From an uncultured Clostridia bacterium (GTDB lineage: Bacteria; Acidobacteriota; Aminicenantia; UBA2199), in the NCBI GenBank assembly GCA_964502145.1, contig CAZCVI010000029.1, positions 9,431 to 73,430 on the forward strand: 64,000 nt of DNA. The letters are read 5' to 3'. Positions within the stretch are counted from its first letter, which is position 1, and every line of letters begins with the position of its first letter. A program made the position numbers and the translations under genes. Below are positions 1 through 9,120 of the stretch, in pieces. Below the pieces are notes generated by a model. The model saw nothing but the letters and a program-made list of their open reading frames with translations, was not told the origin of the DNA and ran no database searches.

Positions 1-82
1 AATCCATCCATGTAGGAGTTCAAAATCTTAAACCCAATTAAACGAATGAAAATTAGCAGACCTTTTCATCTGACTAAAAGGT

Positions 83-128
83 ATTCGTGGTCATTCGTGG
101 AAATTCGTGGGGAAGGAATCTTTTTATC
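83..128. repeat. Phased word repeat ATTCGTGG x3 (83-90, 93-100, 103-110; exact 10-bp period) followed by a GGAATCTTTTTATC box
   Basis: Read directly: gtATTCGTGGtcATTCGTGGaaATTCGTGGggaaggaatctttttatc. The same word recurs at 43008-43033. It lies 40-70 bp upstream of the -35 at 151. Confidence 0.85.
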
Positions 129-150
129 TTAATTGTGAACTTATTTTATC

Positions 151-179
151 TTGCAAAGCCCATGGTTTTCTTTTATAAT
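151..179 (+). promoter_or_regulatory. Sigma70-type promoter (TTGCAA-N17-TATAAT) for the TPR-CHAT gene
   Basis: TTGCAA at 151-156, 17-nt spacer, TATAAT at 174-179. GGGAGG RBS lies before the ATG at 239. Confidence 0.6.
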
Positions 180-238
180 ACTAAGTGGTAACCAGTCAAA
201 GGGTTAACCGTAGGAAAACAAACCAGCGGGAGGTAACG

Positions 239-3200
239 ATGCGTCAAAAGCACAGGGGATGGGTGGCTGTTTTGGCTGTAATGATGCTCATCTGCTTTAG
301 CGGGTCTTTTTTGGCTTTTGGGCAAGAGAGCCAGCAGGAGCAATCCGAGGTGAAAGAGGAGTTATCACCAGATGAAGTGTGGGCGCAAAAAGGTGAAGAA
401 TTCTTTAAGAAGGAAGATTACCCGGCGGCCATTGAGTGCTATCATAAGGCAATTAAACTAAACCCCAAAGAGATTTCGTGGCCACTGAAGTTGTCTGATG
501 TATTGTATTCCTTTGAAAAATTTCCAGAAGCGTTACAAATATTGGATGAGGCCTGGAAGGTTTTTCCAGAGGCAGAGGATCGTAAGAAAATGAATATTGC
601 ACAGGCGGATGTCCATTTATGGTGGGGAGTACATCTGGGTAAGAACTATAAATATGCTGAGGAAATCACCCATTATGAGTTGGCCTTACCTCTATACTGT
701 GCAGTAGGAGACCGTGGGAGTGAAGCTGCCACCCTAAACAACATCGGGTTGGTGTATTATTATCTTGGTGAGAAAGAAAAAGCGTTGAGCTATTATGAGC
801 AAGTCTTACTTATATGCCGCGTTATAAGAGATCGCGGAGGTGAAGCTACCACCATGTATAACATCGGTTCGGTGTACAATGATCTTGGAGAGAAAAAAAA
901 AGCTTTGAATTATTTTGAGCAAGCTTTGCCCATCAGTCGCGCTATAGGAGACCTGAGTGGTGAAGCCAACACACTTAACAACATTGGTTCCGTGTATGAC
1001 GATTGGGGAGAGAAAAAAGAGGCATTGAACTATTATGAACAAGTATTACTCATCTATCGCTCATTAGAAAACCGCAGTGGTATAGCGATCACCCTAAACC
1101 ACATGGGGCGCGTGTATGATGATCTGGGTGAAAAAAAGGAATCGCTACACTATTATGAGCAATCATTATCACTCCGACGAGCCATAGGTGATCGCAAGGG
1201 TGAAGCGACCACCCTAAACAACATCGGTTCTGTGTATGATGACCTTGGTGATAAAGATAAAGCACTGAGTTATTATGAACAAGCCTTACCACTTCGTCGA
1301 GCTGTAAGCGATCGCGAGGGTGAAGCGACTACATTGAACAATATGGGCATATTGTACTCTTCCCTTGGAAATAAAGAAAGCGCGTTGCTCTATTATCAAC
1401 AAGCTTTACCCCTGTATCGCGCTGTAGGAGACCGCGGCGGTGAAGCCACCACCCTGAATAACATCGGTTTTATATATGATTCTCTGGGTGAGAAAGAAAA
1501 AGCACTGAGCAATTATCAGCAAGCATTACCCATTTTTGTTGCTGTAGGAGATCGCAAAGGAGAAGCCATCACCCTGAACAACATCGGTCCCGTTTATTAT
1601 GATTTGGGTGAGAAAGAGAAAGCGTTGATCTATTTTCAGCAAGCCTTACCCCTTCATCGTGCTGTGGGCGACCGCGAGAGTGAAGCCACCACCCTGAATA
1701 ACATCGGTATGGTGTATTATTCCCTGGGTGAGCAAGAGAAAGCCCTGAGCTATTATGAGCAGGCATTACCAATCTCTGTTGCTGTTGACGACCGTGCCGG
1801 TGAAGCTGTTATGCTCAGTAACCTTATGGTTCATTGGAATGACAGGAAATATGTTTCCCTGGCCATTTTTTATGGGAAACAATCCATCAATACCCGTCAA
1901 CAACTACGGGAAAATATTGTTAACTTGGACAAAGAGATTAAAAATAACTACCTTAAAACAGCAAGAGATACCTACCGCTTTCTAATTAATCTCCTCCTTA
2001 AACAACGCAGATTTGATGAAGCCCTTCAAGTTCTGGATATGCTCAAAGCCGAAGAGTACTACCAATTCATTCAGAAAGACAGTACCAACACAATTCTAAA
2101 TCTCCAATACCAACCTCCCGCTTTCACTCCTTTTGAAGCTCAATGGCAGCAACAATTTAATACCCATTTAGAAAACATATCCAAAATAAGCAACCCTCTC
2201 CATGAACTATTAATCACTAAAAAAGAAGCCGACCAAAATCGCCTCACCTCGCTGCAAAACCAACTCAACGAAGCCAATAAAGCCTATGATCAATTCCTCC
2301 TTCAATTAAAAGTTTCTTCTGCTGAATACGATCAAAAAGTAGAAAAAGGAGAAAGTATTGGTCTGAACCTTGCCTCACAACCACACTCCGTTCAATCCAA
2401 TCTCCAATTTTTGGATAAAAATGAAGAAGGCAAAAGTGTCACCCTGCACTATTATATTTTTGAAAATACCATTTATATCCTTCTCACCACTCCCAACTCC
2501 ACCATTCAAACCCTGCGGACAAGTGATTTCAATCCAGCGATACTATCCCCTTTGATTGAAAACTACAAAACCACCATTAAAGATATGAGCACACGCAGTG
2601 CTGAATCAAACAGTCCCACCCCATCCGAACTCGCCTTTTTAACTTCCACTGAACTCTATAACCTCCTTTTCAAACCCATTGAAAAAGATATCCAGGACTA
2701 CGGCGCAACGAATCTTATGGTCTATCTTGATGGCGAATTACGGTATATCCCCTTCTCTGCCCTTTATGATGGTCAACACTATCTCGTACAACGATACCGT
2801 ATTTCTCTTCTTACCACATCCAGTATGCTCCGCCTTCACGAAGAACCCACGCAGAATTTAAAAATACTGGGTTTGGTAGCCAGTAAAAGCAGTGTTGGCT
2901 TCCCTGCTCTTCCCGATGCCAAGGATGAAATCACTTCTATTGTGAAGGAGAACAGCAGCGATCACGCTGGGTTCATTGAGGGTATAGTCTTGATGGACGA
3001 AGCCTTCACCAGAGCCTCTATGTTCCAGCAGTTAAAAACCGCAGACTTTCCTCTCGTACACATTGCCAGTCATTTTAAATTCAGTGCTGAAAATGAAGCA
3101 GAGAATTACCTTCTGCTGGGGGATAAGCAAAAGTTGACCTTAAAAGATATCTACGTGGAAGATCATTTATTTCAAAAGGTAGATATGCTCGTTTTGGCCG

Positions 3201-3520
3201 CATGTCAAACCGCCATGGGCACCAGTAGCGGTGTGGAAATTGATAGTTTCGGAGAACTGGCGCAACGAAGCGGTGCCAAATGCGTGGTGGCTTCCTTGTG
3301 GAACGTGGCAGATAATAGTACCAAAGATTTGATGGTGGCCTTTTACCGGAACCTGAAAGAAAACCGTTTCACCAGTAAAATTGAAGCACTCCGTCAAGCA
3401 CAACTGGAACTGGCAGGCTTGGATGATCTTATGCTTCCCTCTCCCATTAAACGGAATAAATCAGTGTATGCCTCCCCCTACTACTGGGGACCTTTTATTA
3501 TGATGGGCAATTGGCGGTAA
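239..3520 (+). CDS. Exported TPR-repeat / CHAT-domain protease (signal peptide, ~10 TPR_12-like repeats, helical linker, C-terminal CHAT)
   Basis: ORF 185..3520; the ATG at 239 follows GGGAGG. The N-terminus MRQKHRGWVAVLAVMMLICFSGSFLAFG resembles a Sec signal. 40-aa repeats read GDRxGEATTLNNIGxVYxxLGEKxKALxYYEQALPL. CHAT His and Cys motifs are LVHIASHFKF and MLVLAACQTA. Confidence 0.85.
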   Translation: MRQKHRGWVAVLAVMMLICFSGSFLAFGQESQQEQSEVKEELSPDEVWAQKGEEFFKKEDYPAAIECYHKAIKLNPKEISWPLKLSDVLYSFEKFPEALQILDEAWKVFPEAEDRKKMNIAQADVHLWWGVHLGKNYKYAEEITHYELALPLYCAVGDRGSEAATLNNIGLVYYYLGEKEKALSYYEQVLLICRVIRDRGGEATTMYNIGSVYNDLGEKKKALNYFEQALPISRAIGDLSGEANTLNNIGSVYDDWGEKKEALNYYEQVLLIYRSLENRSGIAITLNHMGRVYDDLGEKKESLHYYEQSLSLRRAIGDRKGEATTLNNIGSVYDDLGDKDKALSYYEQALPLRRAVSDREGEATTLNNMGILYSSLGNKESALLYYQQALPLYRAVGDRGGEATTLNNIGFIYDSLGEKEKALSNYQQALPIFVAVGDRKGEAITLNNIGPVYYDLGEKEKALIYFQQALPLHRAVGDRESEATTLNNIGMVYYSLGEQEKALSYYEQALPISVAVDDRAGEAVMLSNLMVHWNDRKYVSLAIFYGKQSINTRQQLRENIVNLDKEIKNNYLKTARDTYRFLINLLLKQRRFDEALQVLDMLKAEEYYQFIQKDSTNTILNLQYQPPAFTPFEAQWQQQFNTHLENISKISNPLHELLITKKEADQNRLTSLQNQLNEANKAYDQFLLQLKVSSAEYDQKVEKGESIGLNLASQPHSVQSNLQFLDKNEEGKSVTLHYYIFENTIYILLTTPNSTIQTLRTSDFNPAILSPLIENYKTTIKDMSTRSAESNSPTPSELAFLTSTELYNLLFKPIEKDIQDYGATNLMVYLDGELRYIPFSALYDGQHYLVQRYRISLLTTSSMLRLHEEPTQNLKILGLVASKSSVGFPALPDAKDEITSIVKENSSDHAGFIEGIVLMDEAFTRASMFQQLKTADFPLVHIASHFKFSAENEAENYLLLGDKQKLTLKDIYVEDHLFQKVDMLVLAACQTAMGTSSGVEIDSFGELAQRSGAKCVVASLWNVADNSTKDLMVAFYRNLKENRFTSKIEALRQAQLELAGLDDLMLPSPIKRNKSVYASPYYWGPFIMMGNWR
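670..1830 (+). repeat. About 10 tandem 120-bp coding repeats (TPR units); boundaries approximate
   Basis: The block ggtgaagcNaccaccctRaaYaacatcggt recurs every 120 nt. It generates spurious antisense ORFs (806..1042, 1089..1292, 1569..1772). Confidence 0.8.
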
Positions 3521-3746
3521 GACAGGAGTATACAATTTTCTATGTAAATCTGTGGTGATCTTTTTCTCAGTATAATCTTGTAGCGATTTATATAGAGAAG
3601 GACCGAGATCATTACCACACACCGTACCACCCACTTTTTTTCTGGTCAGGATAGAGATCAAAAAATCTTTGATATCTGTTTTGATTGGTCTTTGTTTATT
3701 ACCAATACTATGGTATCATTAATTATTATTGTGAAAGGTATATTCT

Positions 3747-5123
3747 ATGAATACAGAATCTTGCGTTGATTTTTGTTGGAATGATTTATTGAGCTATATG
3801 GCTAAAAAGAGAGTTGTCCCTGTTATTGGAGAAGGTCTTTATTGGGTGCGAAAAAAATCAAACAGACAGGCCGGAGATTTCCTACTCTACCCATACCTTG
3901 CAAAATTATTTATTAAGGAAATGGGACTTGATAAGCAAATTTCTAATGAGATTGAAGAAACTTTTTCTCTTGCTGTATTTAGATCCCAAGAGCAAAATCC
4001 AGGAAAAGATATAGGTAATTCTGTGGATGATTTTCTTTCTGAACAATTAAACCACCTGACTCCCATTCCCAACGGACCACTATGGAAATTAGCCCGGATG
4101 AAAAACCTTGGATTGTTTATCAACACCACCCATGATAATTATCTCGAACGTATTTTGAAAAGAGTCCGAAATCATCCCGTTGAAACCATCCATTATTCAA
4201 TTAGAAAAAAATGGACGAATGAGATTGAACGCACTCTTTTTAAAAAACTGGAAGCAGGGCAATGTTCGATTATCTTTAATATTTACGGAAATGCAACCCG
4301 AAGCATTGAACCGGCCTACACAGAAAAAGATATTCTTGAGACGATTGTTTCTTTTCAAGAGGATATTTACAATGACCCAAATAATGTTTTTTTTCAAACT
4401 CTTCAAAGCTCGCATCTTTTATTTTTGGGGTGTAGGTATGATGATTGGTTGTTTCGCTTTTTTATCAGAACCATGTCCAACAAGGAATTTTCCATGCAGA
4501 AGGGGGCATTCAACAGACAGTTTATTGGAGATGACTTTAATACTTTTAGATGTGGTGACTTGTGGCGTTTTTTAAAGGCTCATTCCAGTGAAGTATTTTA
4601 TTCCGAGCGAAATGTGGCATTGGTAGATACGTTATTTGAAAAAAATTTTCCTGATCATGTTATTCGGAGGAAAGAATTCCCCAGACAAATTTTTTTAAGT
4701 TTCCATGGACAAGATCGTGAAACTGTAATCTGCTTGGCTAAACACCTACGAGAAGATGGCATCCATGTCTGGCTGGATCAATGGGAATTATCCTGTGGTG
4801 AGAATGTAGATAGAACCATAGTTGAAGCTATCGCTACCCGGCCTATATTTATCCCTATTGTATCCCACGCTACCCACGAGCTTCTATCAGGAAACGACAA
4901 TACATTAAAATATCATATTAAAGAATGGGAATGGGCTTATAGCAATCATATAAAAGGAGAAAAGCCTATTCATATCTTACCAGTAATCATCGATGATACC
5001 AAATGGATGTATGATTCATTTAAGCAATTGGTTCATTTAAAAATTCCCGGTGGTCAACGGACTGGGGATTATGAAAGACTACGATTAGGTCTGCTTGAAA
5101 TTATAGAACAGTTAGAAGGATAA
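3747..5123 (+). CDS. SIR2-like (SIR2_2/DSR-type) domain fused to a C-terminal TIR domain; no signal peptide
   Basis: The ordered motifs VPVIGEGL, INTTHDNYLE, IFNIYGN and LLFLGCRYDDW fit the SIR2_2 pattern. The C-terminus IFLSFHGQDRE...IHVWLDQWEL..GENV...IFIPIVS fits the bacterial TIR pattern. Confidence 0.75.
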   Translation: MNTESCVDFCWNDLLSYMAKKRVVPVIGEGLYWVRKKSNRQAGDFLLYPYLAKLFIKEMGLDKQISNEIEETFSLAVFRSQEQNPGKDIGNSVDDFLSEQLNHLTPIPNGPLWKLARMKNLGLFINTTHDNYLERILKRVRNHPVETIHYSIRKKWTNEIERTLFKKLEAGQCSIIFNIYGNATRSIEPAYTEKDILETIVSFQEDIYNDPNNVFFQTLQSSHLLFLGCRYDDWLFRFFIRTMSNKEFSMQKGAFNRQFIGDDFNTFRCGDLWRFLKAHSSEVFYSERNVALVDTLFEKNFPDHVIRRKEFPRQIFLSFHGQDRETVICLAKHLREDGIHVWLDQWELSCGENVDRTIVEAIATRPIFIPIVSHATHELLSGNDNTLKYHIKEWEWAYSNHIKGEKPIHILPVIIDDTKWMYDSFKQLVHLKIPGGQRTGDYERLRLGLLEIIEQLEG

Positions 5124-5127
5124 GATC

Positions 5128-8100
5128 ATGAAAATGGCCTCAACCCACTCAAATCCCTTTAAAGGTCTTAATTATTACGAGGAAGAGGATAGCAATATTT
5201 TCTTTGGACGAGAAAACGAATCCGAAGCATTGACAGAACTGGTGAAATTGAATCGGCTGACACTGGTTTTTGGGAAGTCAGGTATTGGCAAAACATCACT
5301 GCTCAATGCAGGACTTTTTCCATTGTTGCGAAAAATAAATTTTTTACCCATCCGCATCCAGTTTAATCATCTGGTTGACAGGATGTCCAGCGATGGAACG
5401 TCTCTTTTGAACCAAATCAAACAAGCGATTACCCAAGAACTCAATAAGCACGACATCTTACTTATGAAAAAGGGTGAAGATGTGACTGCTGATGCCATAA
5501 GTAATGAAGAATCATTGTGGGAGTACTTCCGCCGGGTTGATTTTAAAGCTTCTAAGCCAAATGAGAATGATCTATCCAATGGTGTGACTCCTGTTCTGAT
5601 ACTGGATCAGTTCGAGGAGTTTTTTAGACTAAAAAAACATGATCCCCAGCGGCAATTTCTTATGGATGAATTATTCTGGCTGGTAGAGGACCAAGTTCCT
5701 CCCCACATTGAAGAGAGAATTTTAAGCAAGCGAGAGAGTTATCCCTATCTCCGTGAACATCCTGTTTTTCGTGTGCTGCTTAGCTTCAGGGAAGAGTATC
5801 TGCCGCATTTGAATGAATTTAAAAAGCGGATTCCTTCACTACACCGCGTATTGTTCCAAATTACGCACTTGAATGGTCTCCAAGCCCGTGAAGTTATGGA
5901 GAAAACCGGGGCATTTTCAGATGAATCCATAAAAAAAGATATTCTGAAACAGTTTTATCCCGATGATATTGACCAAGAAAACATCTGTGAAGAAAAGCTG
6001 GAAATTGAAACCGCTTTATTCAGCTTGTTATGCGATCAGGTTTACGAAAAGGGTGTTGGTGTTCTGACCAATCAAGCCAGAGATGAAATACTAACCGAAT
6101 TTTACCAACAGACTTTATGCAAACTACCGAACTGTGAGCAATTGACTGAATGGATAGAGAACCATTTATTAACAGAAGACGGGGCTCGAACCCCCCGTGT
6201 TTTGGAACGAGATTTTTCTATGCGGCAAGGTATTGAAGCAGCCATCAATGAAAAACTCCTGCGTAAGATGTACATTGGAGAGAAAGAGCATGTCGAGATC
6301 ATTCATGATGTCTTGGCCCCGATAATTCAGCAACAGAAAGTTCAGCGGTTAGAAGAGCAGAAACGGAGATCTGAAGAGCAGAAGCGGTTAGATACTGAAA
6401 AAGATTTGGCAATGAAAAGAGAGTTACGGCAAAAACGACGATGGATGACAATTATTTCTATATGTGCCATTATTGCTGTTGCTTTTGCAATATTCGCATT
6501 TCTCCAGATGAAAGTGGCTAAAAAAAATGAGCACGAAGCCATAGCTCAAAGAATTAGGGCGGATAAAGAGAAAAAAATTGCTGATGAACAAGCCCAAAAG
6601 TTGAATGAGCAGAAAAACGTTGCACAAGAAAATGAAAAAATAGCCAAAGAAAATGAACAAAAAGCCACTGCTGAAAAAGTAAAATTGAAGCGTCTTTCAA
6701 ATGAATACGATGCTCTGAACAAGGAGGGACGGAAGTCTAATGCTCTTGGAGAAACAGAAAAAGCATTAAAAGCTTTTGGAGACGCCCTGTCAAAAGCGAG
6801 AGCCGCTGGCAACACCACATATGTAGCAGACACCCTGAACAACATCGGTATGGTGTATTCTTCCCTGGGTGAGAAAGAAAAAGCCCAGAGCTATTATGAG
6901 CAAGCCTTGTCCCTCCGACGCGCCATAGGAGACCGCGGTGGAGAAGCCACCACCCTGATCAACATCGGTAGCGTGTATTCTTCCTTGGGTGAGCAAAAGA
7001 AAGCCCTGAGCCATTATGAGCAAGCCTTACCTATAGTTCGTGCCGTAGGAGACCTTAGCGGTCAAGCCACCACCCTGAACAACATCGGTTCCTTGTATGA
7101 TTCCCTGGGTGAGAAAAAGAAAGCCCTGAGTAATTATGAGCACGCCTTACCAACCTTTGTCTCTATTGGTGACAGGCGTGGCGAAGCCACCACTCTGAAC
7201 AACATCGGTAGCGTGTATGATTCCCTGAATGAGAAAGAGAAAGCTCTGAACTTTTATGAGCAAGCCTTACCTACTTTTATAGCTGTGGGTGACCATACAG
7301 GTGAAGCCTCAGTTCTTAAAAACCTAATGAGCTTATTTAATAGTTTGAATAATAAACCAGTAGCAATTTTTTTTGGAAAACAGACTGTCAACTGTTATCA
7401 GCATCTTAGAAAAAATATCACCACCCTCTCCCAAAAGACCCAACACACCTATCTCAAATCCGTTCAAGATACCTACCACTATCTGATAGATATCTTGTTC
7501 CAGCAAAACCGCATAGGTGAAGCACTGGTGGTGACGGATATGCTCAAAGATGAAAACTATTTCAGTTTTATTCGTAGAGATCACCCCATCAGTAAAAGTA
7601 CTCCTCATTTCCAAAAAATTGACTATACTCAATTCGAACAAGAATGGTTGAAAAAATATAATGAAACTCTGAAAAATATCACCTTTGTTAGCAAGCAATA
7701 CCAGGAACTGGTTCTGGTGGCATCTAAAAATAAAAATGACCAAAATTTTCTGCATCAACTGGAGGTTCAACTAAGTGAATCCAGACGATCCTTTGAGAAG
7801 TATCTCCACCAATTAAAAAACACGGACATGTATTACCCAAAAATAAACTTTAATGAAACTGAAATCCGTTCCGTCTCTGAAAAAATCCAAGCTATTCAAT
7901 CCACTCTTCGCTATTTAGATGAAGCAGAAGGGGGCAAAAGTATTACTCTGCATTATTTTTTATCTGTTGATAAAATTAATATTATTCTTACCACACCTTT
8001 TACGCAAGTTCTTATCCCAATAACCTGCGATCAAAAGATAATGAACAACCTGATAATGACCTATCACCAATCAATTGGTAATGGTGGATATGTCCGCGGG

Positions 8101-9021
8101 GTAAAAATCTTAACGCAAAGCATGGAAGAGATTGCAGGACCAACCTCAAAAAAAATCTATGATTTCATCTTTATGCCTGTTGAGAGGGATCTCAAAAATT
8201 ATGGTGCAACAAATATTATGGTTTATCTGGATGGTGTATTACGGGATATTCCTTTCGCAACCCTTTGGGATGGTAAGAGCTTTCTGGTGCAACGTTTCCG
8301 ACTTTCTAATATTACTACATCCAGCTTACTAAATATTAAGGATGAACCCTCACCAAATTTTAAAATCCTGGGTATGGGTACACCCGAGGGTGGTCTGATA
8401 TTTGCCCCATCACCTGGTATTGCTGATGAAATCCAGGCTATCGTCAATGATAAAAGTAGTGGATACCATGGTATGATTGAGGGTAAAGTCTTGGTAAATA
8501 ATACTTTTACAAAAAATAACATGATAGCGCAACTCAAGTCTGGACAGTATCCCCTTGTGCATATTGCTAGTCATTTTCAATTCAACCCAAGTAGTGAAAA
8601 TGAAAGCTTTATGTTACTGGGAGATGGCAACAAAATGACTTTATCTGAAATTCGTAGGGAGAATAATTTATTTTATAATGTAGATATGTTGGTATTATCC
8701 TCATGCCAGACAGCAACAGGTAGCGGCAATGGCGAGGAAATTGACGGTTTCGCTGAATTAGCTCTTATAAGCGGTGCCAAATGCGTGGTGGGTTCCTTGT
8801 GGAACGTAGGAGATAACAGCACCAAAGAATTGATGGTGGCGTTTTACCAAAACCTTACGGAAAAACGTTTCACCAGCAAAATTGAAGCACTCCGTCAAGC
8901 ACAACTGGAAGTGTCCGGCTTGGATGATCTCCTGCCTGCCACTCCCATTAAACATAATAAAACAAAATATGCCTCTCCTTATTATTGGGGACCTTTTATT
9001 ATGATGGGCAATTGGCGGTAA
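5128..9021 (+). CDS. nSTAND-type P-loop NTPase - single TM helix - coiled coil - TPR repeats - CHAT protease
   Basis: N-terminus: NPFKGLNYYEEEDSNIFFGRE...LVFGKSGIGKTSLLNAGLFPLL (Walker A) and VLILDQFEEFF (Walker B). TM helix: MTIISICAIIAVAFAIFAFLQM, after KRELRQKRRW. A Lys/Glu coiled coil follows, then about 5 TPR units. CHAT motifs are LVHIASHFQF and MLVLSSCQTA. The start lies 4 nt after the upstream stop. Confidence 0.85.
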   Translation: MKMASTHSNPFKGLNYYEEEDSNIFFGRENESEALTELVKLNRLTLVFGKSGIGKTSLLNAGLFPLLRKINFLPIRIQFNHLVDRMSSDGTSLLNQIKQAITQELNKHDILLMKKGEDVTADAISNEESLWEYFRRVDFKASKPNENDLSNGVTPVLILDQFEEFFRLKKHDPQRQFLMDELFWLVEDQVPPHIEERILSKRESYPYLREHPVFRVLLSFREEYLPHLNEFKKRIPSLHRVLFQITHLNGLQAREVMEKTGAFSDESIKKDILKQFYPDDIDQENICEEKLEIETALFSLLCDQVYEKGVGVLTNQARDEILTEFYQQTLCKLPNCEQLTEWIENHLLTEDGARTPRVLERDFSMRQGIEAAINEKLLRKMYIGEKEHVEIIHDVLAPIIQQQKVQRLEEQKRRSEEQKRLDTEKDLAMKRELRQKRRWMTIISICAIIAVAFAIFAFLQMKVAKKNEHEAIAQRIRADKEKKIADEQAQKLNEQKNVAQENEKIAKENEQKATAEKVKLKRLSNEYDALNKEGRKSNALGETEKALKAFGDALSKARAAGNTTYVADTLNNIGMVYSSLGEKEKAQSYYEQALSLRRAIGDRGGEATTLINIGSVYSSLGEQKKALSHYEQALPIVRAVGDLSGQATTLNNIGSLYDSLGEKKKALSNYEHALPTFVSIGDRRGEATTLNNIGSVYDSLNEKEKALNFYEQALPTFIAVGDHTGEASVLKNLMSLFNSLNNKPVAIFFGKQTVNCYQHLRKNITTLSQKTQHTYLKSVQDTYHYLIDILFQQNRIGEALVVTDMLKDENYFSFIRRDHPISKSTPHFQKIDYTQFEQEWLKKYNETLKNITFVSKQYQELVLVASKNKNDQNFLHQLEVQLSESRRSFEKYLHQLKNTDMYYPKINFNETEIRSVSEKIQAIQSTLRYLDEAEGGKSITLHYFLSVDKINIILTTPFTQVLIPITCDQKIMNNLIMTYHQSIGNGGYVRGVKILTQSMEEIAGPTSKKIYDFIFMPVERDLKNYGATNIMVYLDGVLRDIPFATLWDGKSFLVQRFRLSNITTSSLLNIKDEPSPNFKILGMGTPEGGLIFAPSPGIADEIQAIVNDKSSGYHGMIEGKVLVNNTFTKNNMIAQLKSGQYPLVHIASHFQFNPSSENESFMLLGDGNKMTLSEIRRENNLFYNVDMLVLSSCQTATGSGNGEEIDGFAELALISGAKCVVGSLWNVGDNSTKELMVAFYQNLTEKRFTSKIEALRQAQLEVSGLDDLLPATPIKHNKTKYASPYYWGPFIMMGNWR
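6820..7330 (+). repeat. About 5 tandem 120-bp TPR-coding repeats, the same family as 670-1830; boundaries approximate
   Basis: Recurrent gaagccaccaccctgaacaacatcggt blocks. They explain the antisense ORF 6790..7023. Confidence 0.75.
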
Positions 9022-9120
9022 GACACACCTCCTCTCCTTCATTTGACCCACCAAAGGCAAAACATTTTAAACTTGCAATGCCATACGTCTTTGTTTTATA
9101 ATAAACATTCAGAGGAACAC

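Noticed and set aside
806-1772. Antisense ORFs 806..1042, 1089..1292 and 1569..1772 (and 6790..7023) inside the TPR repeat regions.
   Set aside because: They lie opposite strongly supported TPR-CHAT coding sequence and repeat with the same 120-bp period. They are open only because the sense repeat lacks antisense stops. No RBS or recognisable motifs.
670-1830. A possible CRISPR-like array, suggested by the regular direct repeats (also at 6820-7330 and 47381-47520).
   Set aside because: The periods are 120 bp and 12 bp with no unique spacers. The repeats are in frame and translate to TPR units or KDRG units. No cas genes are present.
9043-9120. Upstream ATG starts proposed by the ORF track: 9043 for the caspase, 185 for TPR-CHAT, 17419 for peptide A, 44667 for DUF362, 60542 for the ferredoxin and 58029 for pilT.
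   Set aside because: In each case a downstream ATG has a proper GGAGG-type RBS and gives a sensible N-terminus (signal peptide, Tat motif or family-typical start). The upstream extension overlaps a promoter or the preceding gene.
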